Positions 37,931-51,510 are shown, counted from the first letter of the stretch. The stretch is 64,000 nt of DNA from the human T2T-CHM13v2.0 reference genome, Homo sapiens (GCA_009914755.4 CP086569.2:15872001-15936000), one strand, 5' to 3'. The notes: generated by a model not told the origin, from the letters alone. Made by a program: numbers and translations.

Positions 37931-40099
37931 CAGGACCATTTTATTTGAGGGCTCTATTCTTATCTAAAAACCATCAGACCCCTACCACTTTCCTGAATGT
38001 TTTGTCAATAATGAAGAAATGCTATTTCTATTAATGTCATTGACATAAATTGAGCCACTTAAAACAAAAAAAAGTGATAGAAGTACCTATCTTTTATTCT
38101 TTGTATCCAATCCCTATGTAATCATTTCTTATATTTCACATTCAACTGAAGTCCATGTGAATTTCATAAAATATGGTGAAATTTTTCTCTTTTGTTTCTC
38201 TTTTGTTTCTAGTGTCATCTTTCAGAACAGATTTTTGTTACCTGGGGTTTGCATGACTGAATTCATCTTCCAGCAGCTCTTTAGATTTTATTGACTTCCA
38301 CAGGTCTCTTCTGCAAGCTCCATTCAAAGCTTCCTTATAGGAGATATTGATTCCACAAATCATTTCCATTATGCCATTCAAACAGCTCCACAGAAATTCT
38401 ATTCAATCTGTCTCACATCCTCCAAATACTCTTCATAAGATGCCCTTTCTTAACCCCAACTGTTTGCTGTGAGTATTCTTTCTCATTTAGTCTAGACTTT
38501 CCTTGCCTGATGTTCCAATCCTGTGAATTCTGAAGGTGTGACCTTATGAAACCACTCTATTCAGAAACTCTCTTTTTTAATAGTGTCACTTAATGGATTA
38601 GATAATCAATCCAAGGGGATATGTTCAAAGCCTCCCTCATCCACTTACTCCTTGAGTGATCTAAGCAAGCTATTTAGAATCTCTCACACTCAAGTTTCAC
38701 TACTTTAAAAACAAAACAAACTTGTGACTTATAGCATGTGCTTAAATGGATTGTTATGAATATTTCTGTTATTTTATTTATCTAACCCAGATTGATGTAG
38801 ACAGTGAATGCTTAATATATTGAATTAAATTATTACTAAGTATATACAAAAAGATATTTGATAATGTTTGTACTATTGTTTCACAAACCACTACTCCACT
38901 GAGGTGCTGAACTGCTTCGTCAAGCCCAGATAGATTAGACAGAAGGGCTGGAAGCTGCAGTATGTGTCCACTGCCAAATTCAGAAGCTTCCATACGGATA
39001 CGGAATTTCCAGGAAAGGGTTATCCTCCCTGTGGGTGAAGGGTTATCCCCTATGAACAGAAGACTAGGAAAAGCTGTCTACTGAGGACTGTGAACTAAGG
39101 AGAAGAGAGAAAACCTAGGTAGAATCAGTGACAAGAGAGAATCAGGTGACACATGCCCATATACCCATATCATTTCAATCTTGCTTCCAGTCTTATCTGA
39201 GTCCCAGTTATGGTCACATCTTGACCAATTTGGAGTCTGTGACACAATCCTATGTCTGTGCAATAAATACTGTCCCTTGAGCACTTGATTATCTCCTTCA
39301 ACTTGTAATTTATTTTATTTTGCCTTTCCGATTCACCCTTAGAAGAGTAAAGGGGGGTTGAGAAACCTTGTTAGTTGATTATGAAACTCAACCAGTAGTT
39401 TGAAGGAGCTATTTATCTCCAAGAAAGAAACACTTAGACATATCAATCCGTGGTCTTAATCCTTTCCAATGGAAAATAACTAATCCCAGTTGTTTCTCAT
39501 TGTATTACTGGTTCAGAGAAGGATAAGAAATGATAGAGTAATAAAATGGTTGACATGAAACAGGTTAGCAGTTTCTTCTCCTTCTTGCATATCTGGAGAA
39601 AAAAGCACAGAGAGGTTAATTGATCAAATTGCTTTTGGTCAGCTGACTGGAGTGGGACAATGGATTGAAGGTCTCTAATGAGAAAATAATGCATGTGTCA
39701 TCCCTTCTTTCAAATAAAATGGTCACACCTATTTAATCCAGTAAATAAGTTAACAAGACCTACAATGCACACCATTCCCCAAAGGCTGGATATGCCTTGG
39801 GGTAGAATCAATGCAGCCATTAAAATATTCCACAGATTCTTCACAGGTAGTATGCATAGTTCACCTTCCTTAAAGCATTGGATTACAGAAAACATGAACA
39901 CTTCTTTTGGTAGAAGGACTAGAAGGAAGTCACTAAATAATTGAACATTTAAGCAAAAATAATAGGTCCACTGAATGGGATAAGTCAAGAGTATCAATTG
40001 AATTAAATCCATTGGCAAAAACTAGTGGTTCTTAAACACCATGGAAGAAGGAAAAAGAACAGGTCATTTTGGTATTTTCTTTAAATGTTTCTTCTTCTT

Positions 40100-40372
40100 T
40101 TTAATTTTTTTTTAAATTGAGACAGGGCCTCATTCTGTCACTCAGGCTAGAATGCAGTAGTGTGATCACAGCTTACTGCAGTATCAACATTCCAAGCTCA
40201 CGTGATTCCCCCAGCTCAGCCTCCTGAGTAGCAGGGACTACAGGCATGCACCACTGTGCCTGGCTAATTTTTTAATTATTTGTAGAGACAGGGTGTTTTC
40301 ATGCTGCCCAGGCTGGTCTTAACTCATGGACTTAAGTGATTCTCCTGCTGTGACCTCCCAAAATGGGGTATT
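40100..40372 (-). mobile_element. Alu SINE (antisense)
   Basis: ttttttttaaattgagacagggcctcattctgtcactcaggctagaatgcagtagtgtgatcacagcttactgcag..cctcctgagtagcagggactacaggcatgcaccactgtgcctggctaattttttaattatttgtagagacagggtgttttcatgctgcccaggctggtcttaactcatggacttaagtgattctcctgctgtgacctcccaaaatgggg. Confidence 0.92.
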
Positions 40373-41069
40373 TCCTAAAAAGAATGCCTCTCCTTCAGCA
40401 TGTAACTTCTTTTATTCTGCCTTCCTAATTCACCCTCAGAAAAGGAAAGGGAGTTTCGCAGACCTTCTCAGTTGATTTTGAAACTCATCCACAATTTTAA
40501 AGGAGCTATATCCAAGAGAAAAACCTTTGGTGGGTATAAATCCAACGTTGTACAGACTTGGGTAATGCTAATTATAGTTTCTTGAGTTTTTACAGGTGTC
40601 TACCATGGTTAGAAATTTGCACCCATTATTCCTGTACTTTGAAAAGTCCTGCAAAAGTAACCTCACATCTTCACAACCCAAGACTTTTCTCAATCCATAT
40701 TGGTGGTTGTGACTTTCAAATCCTCTCCATACTATAGTTATTTTCAATCCATACATACATACATATATAGGTCTTAGGAGATCCAAGAGGTATCTATGCT
40801 TTGGGAGACAGGAAAATGCCATGAACCAGGGTAACTTTCTCTCTCCAGTGATAATTCTGGGAAGCATGCCCTGTTCTTATGCATCAGAACTTAGTTCTCT
40901 ACATGTAGCATTGCAACAGCTCCATGACAGCCATACCAAATTTTTAAATTCTTGCCTATGGAAATCTTCCCCCAACATCATGCAGTAAATGACAGACCAG
41001 GAGTTCAAATGCAGACCTCTTCTGTTTACAATCAGTACAAAATAGGTGGTGCATCTTAGGATTTGTCTT

Positions 41070-41366
41070 CTTCTTCTTTTTTTTTTTTTTTTGAGACAGA
41101 GTCTCACTCTGTTGCCCAGGCTGGAATGCAGTGGTGCAATCTTGGCTCACTGCAATGTCTGCCTCCTGGGTTCAAGCAATTCTCTGCCTCAGCTTCCTGA
41201 GTAGCTGGGATTACAGGTGCATGCCACAATGCCCAGCTAAGTTTTGTATTTTTACTAGAGACAGTGTTTCACCATCTTGGCCAGGCTGCTGTTGAACTCC
41301 TGACCTCATGATCCACTCACCTTGGCCACCCAAAGTGCTGGGATTACAGGCATGAGTCACTGAACC
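41070..41366 (-). mobile_element. Alu SINE (antisense, full length)
   Basis: Poly-T then gagacagagtctcactctgttgcccaggctggaatgcagtggtgcaatcttggctcactgcaatgtctgcctcctgggttcaagcaattctctgcctcagcttcctgagtagctgggattacaggtgcatgccacaatgcccagctaagttttgtatttttactagagacagtgtttcaccatcttggccaggctgctgttgaactcctgacctcatgatccactcaccttggccacccaaagtgctgggattacaggcatgagtcactgaacc. Confidence 0.95.
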
Positions 41367-42949
41367 TGTAGAGGGTTTGTCTTCTAATTGGAGCCAAAAG
41401 TTAATAGGAAAAAAAACTTAGGTTCCAGTTTAATTGACTGCCTTCCAGCTGGGAGATATTGGACTAATCACATCCTCATGTAGAGCTATATTCCTGTCTG
41501 TATAAAATTGAGCTAATAAAGCATATCCTCTTCTCAACTTTTTTTTTCACTGAGAGAATCAAAAGAAAATATTCATGGGGAAGAACTGTGTAAATTTTGA
41601 CCACATTATTAAGATGGAAGGTGGTAGCACTGCAGTTATTTTTCTGCTTCACTTAAAAGCTCAAGAAATAGTTTTTTTTTCTTTTACTACAAAGAGAAGT
41701 ATGCTTCTTCCTGGAGGAAATCCTACTACTAAAAAAAACCTCAGATTATTATTTTTTATCCTTAATGAGAAATAAATGAATTGGCTCCATTATTTTGCCC
41801 TCTGGCTTAAATGGAAAAGGGAAAAATGGACTTTTGTGTGAAAAGCATATTCTATAACATGAGCTGCAATACAATAGAACTTGGACAATTATCCAACTAT
41901 CATGACCCGGAGATTGACATATTACAGTCATGCATTCATAGAACTCAGTGACACAGTGGGGGCAGGGAGGTGGACCTCCTGCATGAAGGTTTACTCAAGT
42001 GGAAAGATACAGGAACTTGATGTTCTGTTGGGAAGTATTCAGTCTGATATCATTCTATGCCCCATGATTAATTTTTGTGTCCACAGATGATTTATTTTTA
42101 TATTCATGGGAAAGAGATATGTCTTCTCATGTATATAATCAAGCTCAATGTTAGAAAGGGGCTTTATACAATGTGACTTCATTGTATCCTTGTCAAATAG
42201 GAAGAACCAACAGTACGTGACTTCTGTTTTTCTTGATTTCCCTAATACCTGCATTTCTCCCTGGGTCTGATTTCAATTCACGACTTTTTCTACTCTAAAC
42301 TTATGCTGAAGCTATATCCAATGACTGATGGTTATAAATATTTATTTACAAACATTGCACATTTACTTCCAAACACTGATTTTGTGATAAAGCACAGATT
42401 ATTGTTTCTAGTTTACTGGCATCTTAGAACTGATATTTCATGACATTAAATGGGATCACTAAATGGTGATGTTTAGTATGATTTCATCGGATCAAAAACA
42501 TCGGCTAGGCATTTGAATCTTTTCTTCTTGTAATAGATGTTGGAAATTCTAATTTTTTTCTTTTGTTATTGTTGTTTTATGTGAGTAAGATATATGTAAC
42601 ACAAATTCAGCATTTTAACTCTTTTTGTGTCATCGAATACATTTACATGCTTGTGGAGCTATTACCATCATTCATCTTCAGAATGTTTTCACCTTCCCAA
42701 ACAGAAACCTTGTCCTTATTAAACAACAACTCCTTATCCCCCTCCCTCAGTCCCTGCCTCTTTTCATTCCACTTTCTGTCTCTATGAACCTGACTCCTCT
42801 AGTATCTCATATCAGTGAAAATGATATAGGAGTTAAAAAGAAATTATTTAGGCAGATTATAAAGGTAAAAGGAGTCCTCGGCAAGGCTTGCTTTTTAATA
42901 AAAGTAGCCCCCAAATCACTTGTTTTCTAATAAAGAGCCATCTATATAA

Positions 42950-43460
42950 GTGAGCTTCAGACACAGTGAAACAAGCTAGAAACTTGAACGCCGGTGAATG
43001 CCGGCACTTGTGCTAATAGGAAACGGCTACCTGGGGTCCAGTGATGTTTAACATGGCAGCTCCATCTTCCCTTTTGTTTGCCAACCACATGTGTGGTAAG
43101 GAATAGACAACATGGCACCAGCCATAGAGAGACCCCCATCTGCATAATAAAAGATTAGGGTGGGATGGTCCACTTCTTCACACACGATCCAAATGTCACA
43201 TATCTGGTCTGACCAATCTCTTGGGCCCTGTATATTTCAGACACCTACCCCTCCAGTTCATCTATAAAACCCTGTGCATTTTTTTTTCAACATGAAACTG
43301 GAAGACCCACTCAGGTGCCTCTCTCTTCATGTGAGAGAGCTGTTCTCTTTTCTCATTCTTTCACCTATTAAACTTTTGCTATTAAACTCACTTGTTGTGT
43401 GTCTGCATTCTCAACCTCATTGGGAGTGAGACAATGAACCTCAGGTATTTAGCCCAGACA
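42950..43460 (+). mobile_element. Putative solo LTR (ERV-type U3-R-U5 with CCAAT, TATA and poly-A signal); family not identified
   Basis: ..gtctgaccaatctcttgggccctgtatatttcagacacctacccctccagttcatctataaaaccctgtgc.. (CCAAT plus TATA box). About 100 bp downstream is ..ctcattctttcacctattaaacttttgctattaaactcacttgttgtgtgtctgcattctcaacctcattgggagtgagac, an AATAAA-like signal followed by a GT-rich stretch, as at an LTR R/U5 junction. Boundaries are not resolved. Confidence 0.4.
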
Positions 43461-44189
43461 ATGACACCACTTCAATACCATGCAGGATTTGTCCTTTTGT
43501 GACTGGCTTATATCCGTCACTGAGCAAAATGTCTTCAACATTTTGTTCAGTGTTATCCATCAGTGAGCAAAATATCCTCATGAACAACAATCCATGTTGT
43601 CATCTGTGTCAGAACTTCTTTCCTTTTTAAGGCTGAAGAAATATTTCCAGGTATTTGGATTTCAAGAGGGAACATTTTCAATATTAGAAGATAATTGTTC
43701 CTAAATTTCATGTTCATGATAAGCTGTATTCTTCAGCTCCATGGGAAGTCTATAAGACATAGTGATGTAAGTTGGACACAGGTGAACACTGTTAACTTGG
43801 ATGATGACTTTGCTATGGTTTATGAAGCTTTATCTGTAACTGGACTGCAGGGCTACTGAGACACATGACATGTTCCATTTATATCTGTTTCTGGTATGGT
43901 GCCTTCCTACAACATTTTTCACATAATAGGAACTCAGAAAATTAGTGATATCTTGTACTAGTCAATGCTCTAGTGAAAATAGTAAATGTGTTTATGTTTC
44001 ACTATGGGTTGAACTGTTCCTCTCCCAAAATTCATACAGTGAAGGCTTAACTCTAGTGTCTCAGAATGTGACTTTATTTGTAGGTAGTTCTTTCAAAAAG
44101 TGATTAATGTAAAATGAGGTCAGTAGGGTGGGCCCTGATCCAATAGGACTGGTGTCTTTATGAGAAGAAGAGACGAGGACACAGACACA

Positions 44190-44520
44190 CACAGAGGGAT
44201 GACCCAGGGAGGACACAGGGAGAAGACAGCATCAACAAGCTAAGGAGAGAAGCATGAGGAGGAACCAGCTCTGCTTACACCTTGATCTCAGACTTCCAGC
44301 CTCCAGGACTCTCGGAGAGTAAATGTGTATGTTTACAAGCCATCCAGTTGCAATGTGGACACAGGCACACACAGAAGGATGACCCTGTGAGGACACGGGG
44401 AGAAGATGATGTCTACAAGCCAAGGAGAGAGGCCTCAGGAGGAGCCAACTGTGGCAACATCTTGATCTTGGACTTCCAGCCTGCAGGGCTGTGAGAGAGT
44501 AAATGTCTATTTGTTAAGCC
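44190..44520. repeat. Two tandem copies (~155-bp period) of a segment derived from an old interspersed repeat
   Basis: Unit 1: acacagacacacacagagggatgacccagggaggacacagggagaagacagcatcaacaagctaaggagagaagcatgaggaggaaccagctctgcttacaccttgatctcagacttccagcctccaggactctcggagagtaaatgtgtatgtttacaagccatccagttgcaatg. Unit 2: tggacacaggcacacacagaaggatgaccctgtgaggacacggggagaagatgatgtctacaagccaaggagagaggcctcaggaggagccaactgtggcaacatcttgatcttggacttccagcctgcagggctgtgagagagtaaatgtctatttgttaagccagtttgcagcattttgttacatcagccc. Confidence 0.85.
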
Positions 44521-44937
44521 AGTTTGCAGCATTTTGTTACATCAGCCCTAGCAAATGAATACATGCTTACATTTAAAATTATATGAAATATAAATCATAT
44601 TTATATTATGGTCAAGATGTACATAGTTGGAAACCTTGAAGAGGGCAATTTCTGACCATCGCTGGCCATGGGAATGGAATTGACATGGCTGGTGAGAAAT
44701 GAAAAATTGGAGACAATGATACTGCAACCTCACTTTTCCCCTATTTTCTTTATTTTTCAAGTGCTACCCTTCTAAGAAAGGTGCTGGAGTTTCTCCATTT
44801 GATGAGAGTAAGATGGTTGTGTGATTCACTGTGGAAACACATGCGGGGATCCCCTGGAAGCAGGGTGGAGGAACATCTTTACTGCATGCCCTTTTCATTT
44901 TTTTTCATTGTAAGAATGTTTATCTTATTTTTTTTTA

Positions 44938-47900
44938 TACTTCAAGTGATAGGGTACATGTGCACAATGTGTAGGTTTGTTACTTATGTATACATGTGAC
45001 ATGTTGGTGTGCTGCACCCATTAACTCGTCATTTACATTAGGTATATTCCCTAATGCAATTTCTCTCCCCTCCCCCACCCAATGACAGGCCCCAGTGTGT
45101 GATGTTCCCCTTCCTGTGTCCATGTGTTCTTATTGCTCAATTCCCACCTATGAGTGAGAACATGCGGTGTTTGGTTTTCTGTCTTTGTGATAGTTTGCTG
45201 AGAATGATGATTTCCAGCTTCATCCATGTCCCTACAAAGCATATAAACTCATCATTTTTTATGGCTGCATAGTATTCCATGGTGTATATATGCCACATTT
45301 TTTAATCCAGTCTATCACTGATGGACATTTGGGTTGGTTCCAAGTCTTTGTTATTGTGAATAGTACCACAATGAACATATGTGTGCATGTGTCTTTATAT
45401 CAGCGTGATTTATAAAACTTTGGGTATATCCCAGTAATGGGATGACTGGATCAAACAGTATTTCCAGTTCCAGATCTTTGAGGAATACCACACTGTCTTC
45501 CACAATGGTTGAGCTAGTTTAGAGTCCCACCAACAGTATAAAAGTGTGCCTATTTCTTCACATCCTCTCCAGAACCTGTTGTTTCCTGACTTTTTAATGA
45601 TCTCCATTCTAACTGGTGTGAGATGGTATCTCATTGTGGTTTTGATTTGCCTTTGTCTGATGGCCAGTGATGATGAGCATTTTTTTATGTGTCTGTTGGC
45701 TGCATAAATGTCTTCTTTTGATAAGTGTCTGTTCATATCCTTTGCCCACTTTTCCATGGGGTTGTTTGTTTTTTTTCTTGTAAATTTCTTAGAGTTCATT
45801 GTAGATTCTGGATATTAGCCCTTTGTCAGATAAGTAGATTGCAAAAATTTTCTCCCATTGTGTAGGTTGCCTGTTCACTCTGATGGTAGTTTGTTTTGCA
45901 GTGCAGAAGCTCTTTAGTTTAACTAGATCCCATTTGTCAGTTTTGGCTTTTGTTGCCATTGCATTTGGTGTTTTAGACATGAAGTCCTTGCCCATGCTTA
46001 TGTCTTGAATAGTATTGCCTAGGTTTTCTTCTAGGGTTTTTATGGTTTTAGGTCTAATATTTAAGTCTTTAATCCATCTTGAATTAATTTTTGTATAAGG
46101 TGCAAGGAAAGGATTTATTTTCAGCTTTCTACATATGGCTAGCCAGTTTTCCCAGCACCATATATTAAATAGGGAATCTATTCCCCATTTCATGTTTTTC
46201 TCAGGTTTGTCAAAGATCAGGTGGTTGTAGATGTGTGGTATTATTTCTGAGGATTCTGTTCTGTTCCATTGGTCTATACCTCTGTTTTGGTACCAGTACC
46301 AAGCTGTTTTGGTTACAGTAGACTTGTAGTGTAGTTTGAAGTCAGGTAACATGATGCCTCCAGCTTTGTTCTTTTGGCTTAAGATTCTCTTGGCAATGTG
46401 GGTTCTTTTTTTGTTTCCATATGAAGTAGTTTTTTCCAACTCTGTGAAGAAAGTCATGGTTAGCTTGATGGGGATGGCATTGAATCTATAAGTTACCTTG
46501 GGCAGTATGGCCATTTTGATGATATTGATCCTTCCTATCCATGAGCATGGAATGTTCTTCCATTTGTTTGTGTCTTCTTTTATATCATTGAGCAATGGTT
46601 TATAGTTGTCCTTGAAGAGGACCTTCACATCCCTTGTAAGTTGGATTCCTCGGTACTTTATTCTCTTTGAAGCAATTGTGAATGGGAGTTCACTCATGAT
46701 TTGGCTCTCTGTTTTTCTGTTATTGGTGTATAAGAATGCTTGTGATTTTTGTACACTGATTTTATATCCTGAGACTTTGCTGAAGTTGCTTATCAGGTTA
46801 AGGAGATTTTGGGCTGAGATGCTGGGGTTTTCCAAATATACAATCATGTCATCTGCAAACAGGGACAATTTGACTTCCTCTTTTCCTAATTGAATACCCT
46901 TGATTTCCTTCTCATGCCTGATTGCCCTGGCCAGAACTTCCAACACTATGTTGAATAGGAGTGGTGAGAGAGGGCATCCCTGCCTTGTGCCAGTTTTTAG
47001 AGAGAATGCTTCCAGGTTTTGCCCATTCAGTATGATATTGGTTGTGGGTTTGTCATAAATAGATCTTATTATTTTGAGATATGTCCCATCAATACCTAAT
47101 TTATTGAGAGTTTTTAGCATGAAGTGCTGTTGAAGTTTGTCAAAGGCCTTTTCTCCATCTATTGAGATAATCATGTGTTTTTTGTTTTTGGTTGTGTTTA
47201 GATGCTGGATTAGGTTTATTGATTTGTGTATGTAGAACCAGCCTTGCATCCCAGGGATGAAGCCCACTTGATCATGGTGGAAAGCTTTTTGATGTGCTGC
47301 TGGATTTGGTTTGCCAGTATTTTATTGAGGATTTTTGCATTGATATTCATCTGGGATATTGGTCTAAAATTCTCTTTTTGTGTGTGTTTCTGACAGGCTT
47401 TGTTATCAGGATGATACTGGCCTCATTAAATAAGTTAGAGAGGATTCCTTCTTTTTCTATTGATTGGAATAGTTTCAGAAGGAATGGTAGCAGGTCCTCC
47501 TTGTACCTCTGGCAGAATGCGGCTGTGAATCCATCTGGTCCTGGACTTTTTTTGTTGGTAGGCTACTCATTATTGTCTCAATGTCAGAGCCTGTTATTAG
47601 TCTATTTAGGGATTCAACTTCTTCCTGATTTAGTCTTGGGAGGTTGTATATGTCCAGGAATTTATCCATTTCTTGTTTATTTTCTAGTTTATTTGTGTAG
47701 AGGTGTTTATATTATTCTCTATTGGTAGTTTGTATTTTTGTGTGATCTGTGGTGATATCCGCTTTATCATTTTTTATTGTGTCTATTTGATTCTTCTCTC
47801 TTTTCTTCTTTATTAACCTTGCTAGCAGTCTGTCAATTTAAAAAAAAAAACCAGTTCCTTGATTCATTGATTTTTTGAAGGGTTTTTTGTGTCTTTATCT

Positions 47901-48000
47901 CTTCAGTTCTGCTCTGATCTTAGTTATGTCTTGCCTTCTGCTAGCTTTTGAATGTGTTTCCTTTTGCTTCTTGTAGTTCTTTTAATTGTGATGTTAGGGT
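44938..48000 (-). mobile_element. LINE-1 (L1PA-like), 3' direct segment of a 5'-inverted insertion: 3'UTR plus ORF2 RT/C-terminal half
   Basis: On the + strand it reads as antisense L1 from the 3' terminus (tttatacttcaagtgatagggtacatgtgcacaatgtgtaggtttgttacttatgtatacatgtgacatgttggtgtgctgcacccattaactcgtcatttacattagg) through ..tgtgatgttagggtg at ~47995. The 492-aa minus-strand ORF 45789-47267 is ORF2p (RT ..[59 protein letters not shown]..). The A-rich tail remnant is on the low-coordinate side (44897-44937). Confidence 0.93.
45789..47267 (-). pseudogene. L1 ORF2p fragment (RT domain to near the C-terminus, 492 aa open; N-terminal EN/RT start missing from this segment)
   Basis: The translation starts inside the RT domain ([46 protein letters not shown]) and runs to ..RIYNEL. 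The matching EN domain lies inverted on the + strand at 49343-50290. Confidence 0.9.
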
Positions 48001-48261
48001 GGGGCACCCTCTGAGACAAAGCTTCCAGAGGAATGATCAGGCAGCAACATTTGCTGTTCAGCAATATTTGCTGTTCTGCAGCCTCTGCTGCTGATTCCCA
48101 GGCAAATAGGGTGTGGAGTGGACCTCTAGCAAACTCCAACAGACCTGCAGCTGAGGGTCCTGACTGTCAGAAGGAAAACTAACAAACAGAAAGGACAGCC
48201 ACACGAAAACCCCATCTGTACATCACCATCATCAAAGACCAAAGGTAGATAAAACCACAAA

Positions 48262-49278
48262 GATGGGGAAAAAATAGAGCAGAAAAGCTGAAAATTCTAA
48301 GAATCAGAGCTCTTCTACCCCTCCAAAAGAATGCATCTCCTTGCTAGCAACAGAACAAAGCTGGATGGAGAATGTCTTTGATGAGCTGACAGAAGAAGGC
48401 TTCAGACAACCAAACTTCTCCGAGATAAAGAAGGAAGTTTGAACCCATCGCAAGGAAGCTTAAAACCTTGAAAAAAGAATAGATGAATGGATAACTGGAA
48501 TAACCAGCATAGAGAAGTCCTTAAATGACCTGATGGTGCTGAAAACCATGGCATGAGAACTACGTGATGAATGCATGAGCTTCAATAGCTGATTCGGTCA
48601 ACTGAAAGATATGGTATCAGTGATTGAAGATCCAATGAATGAAATGAAGTGAGAAGGGAAGTTTAGAGAAAAAAGAGTAAAAAGAAACCAACAAAGCCTC
48701 CAAGAAATAGGGGACTATGTGAAAAGACCAAATCTACATCTGATTGGTGTACCTGAAAGTGACGAGGAGAATGGAACCAAGTTGGAAAACACTGTGCAGG
48801 ATATTATCCAGGAGAACTTTTCCAACCTAGCAAGGCAGGCAACATTCAAATACAGGAAATACAGAGAGCACCACAAAGATACACCTCGAGAAGGGCCACT
48901 CCAAGACACATAATTGTCAGATTCACCAAAATTGAAATGAAGGAAAACATGTTACACACAGCCAGAGAGGAAGGTCGGGTTACCCACAAAGGGAAGGCCA
49001 TCAGACTAACAGCAGATCTCTCAGCAGAAACTCTACAATCCAGAAGAGAGTGAGGGCCAATATTCAACATTCTTAAAGAAAAGAATTTTCAACCCAGAAT
49101 TTCATTTCCAGCCAAACTAAGCTTCATTAAGTGAAGGAGAAATAAAATACTTTACAGACAAGCAAATGCTGAGAGATTTTGTCACCACCAGGCCTGCCCT
49201 ACAAGAGCTCCTGATGGAAGCACTAAGCATGGAAAGGAACAACTGGTACCAGCCACTTCAAAAACATGTCAAACTGTA
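48262..49278 (+). pseudogene. L1 ORF1 (decayed, internal stops)
   Basis: ATG at 48262 in the canonical context (accacaaagatggggaaaaaa); C-terminal half ..LIGVPESDEENGTKLENTVQDIIQENF.NLARQA..; terminates at ..aaactgtaa (~49278), just before the ORF2 ATG at 49343. Confidence 0.8.
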
Positions 49279-49342
49279 AAGACCATCAATGCTAGGAAGA
49301 AACTGCGTCAACTAACGGGCAAAATAACCAGCTAACATCATA

Positions 49343-50304
<962 letters not shown>

Positions 50305-51225
50305 TAAAGAGTACATATTGGGCTGGTTGCTGTGTGGAACCCTCAAAATGACCTCTTGGTCTTTCTTGTAAGGACAGAGTTGGACACTGTTCACTTGAGA
50401 GACTTCTTTACTAGGGTTGATGCAGCTGTTTCTCTAACTAGACTTGAGGCCTTCACCTGCCTTTTGTAGATAACAAATTAAAAATTAATACAAAACAACC
50501 ACTAAATGTGGGTGATGTGTGAGTTGGATAGCTGCAGTTGAAATCCCTGCTTCACCTTTATGGGGCTATCTGGTAGTGGATAAATTATTCAATTTCTCTA
50601 TGCCTCCTCAGCCTCCTGTATCTGTAAAATTTGGAGAGCAACAGGACCTACTTAACAGGGCTGCTATGAGTATTAAATGCATTACTACATAAAAAGTGAC
50701 GTTTAAAGAATTCATGTATTGGATACAATATATTCAACTCCAGTGATGGACACACTGAAAGCCCAGACTTCAACATTATACAATTCATCCATGTAACCAA
50801 GAACCACATGTACCCATAATGCTGTTGAAATTTTAAAAATAAATGCATTTAAAAAAATAAAAAATAAATGAAAATATTTTAAAAAGTAATGTTTAGAGCA
50901 CCAGAAACAGGATGTACTGATAAACATTAGCCATTATTACCATATCAAATATCAGACCTAGAGAAGTTACACAATAATTCTAATACTTTCCCAATGTATT
51001 GATAATGACGTTTTAAAATAGGTCACTCAATCTTATTTGCATGTATAATTCTTCAGGTAAAATTTAAAGTTGGCTTTTCAGAAATGTGACTAAGGAGAAA
51101 AAAAACAGGTTCAAGTGATTTTCTGGATGCATCCTTCCAAATACTAAAAGGAAAATTAACATTAATTTTACACAGTTCTTTCAAAAAGTAGAACAAAAGA
51201 AGACACTTTCAAAATCTTTTTTTTT

Positions 51226-51510
51226 TTTTTTTTTTTTTTAATAGGGTCTGGCTCAGTCACCCAGGCTGGAGTGCAATGGTGTGATCTTGGCTAACTGCAA
51301 CCTCCACTCCCATGCTCGAACCATCCTCCCAACTCAGCCTCCTGAGTAGGTGGAACTACAAGCACATGACAACACAAACCCAGATAAATGTTGTGTTTTG
51401 GACAGGGTGTTGCTATGTTGCCCAGGCTGGCCTCAAACTTCTGACCTCAAGCAATCCTCCTGCTTTAGCCCCAGAAGGGCTAGGATTATAAGTATGAGCT
51501 ACTGTGACCC
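51226..51510 (-). mobile_element. Alu SINE (antisense)
   Basis: Poly-T then atagggtctggctcagtcacccaggctggagtgcaatggtgtgatcttggctaactgcaacctccactcc..cagcctcctgagtaggtggaactacaagcacatgacaacacaaacccag..ggacagggtgttgctatgttgcccaggctggcctcaaacttctgacctcaagcaatcctcctgctttagccccagaagggctaggattataagtatgagctactgtgacc. Confidence 0.92.

Noticed and set aside
45789..47267. 492-aa minus-strand ORF, the longest in the window, considered as a possible intact host or novel gene.
   Set aside because: It is a textbook L1 ORF2p RT/C-terminal segment, lacking the endonuclease N-terminus and the ORF2 start. It is part of the twin-primed L1 and not an independent gene.
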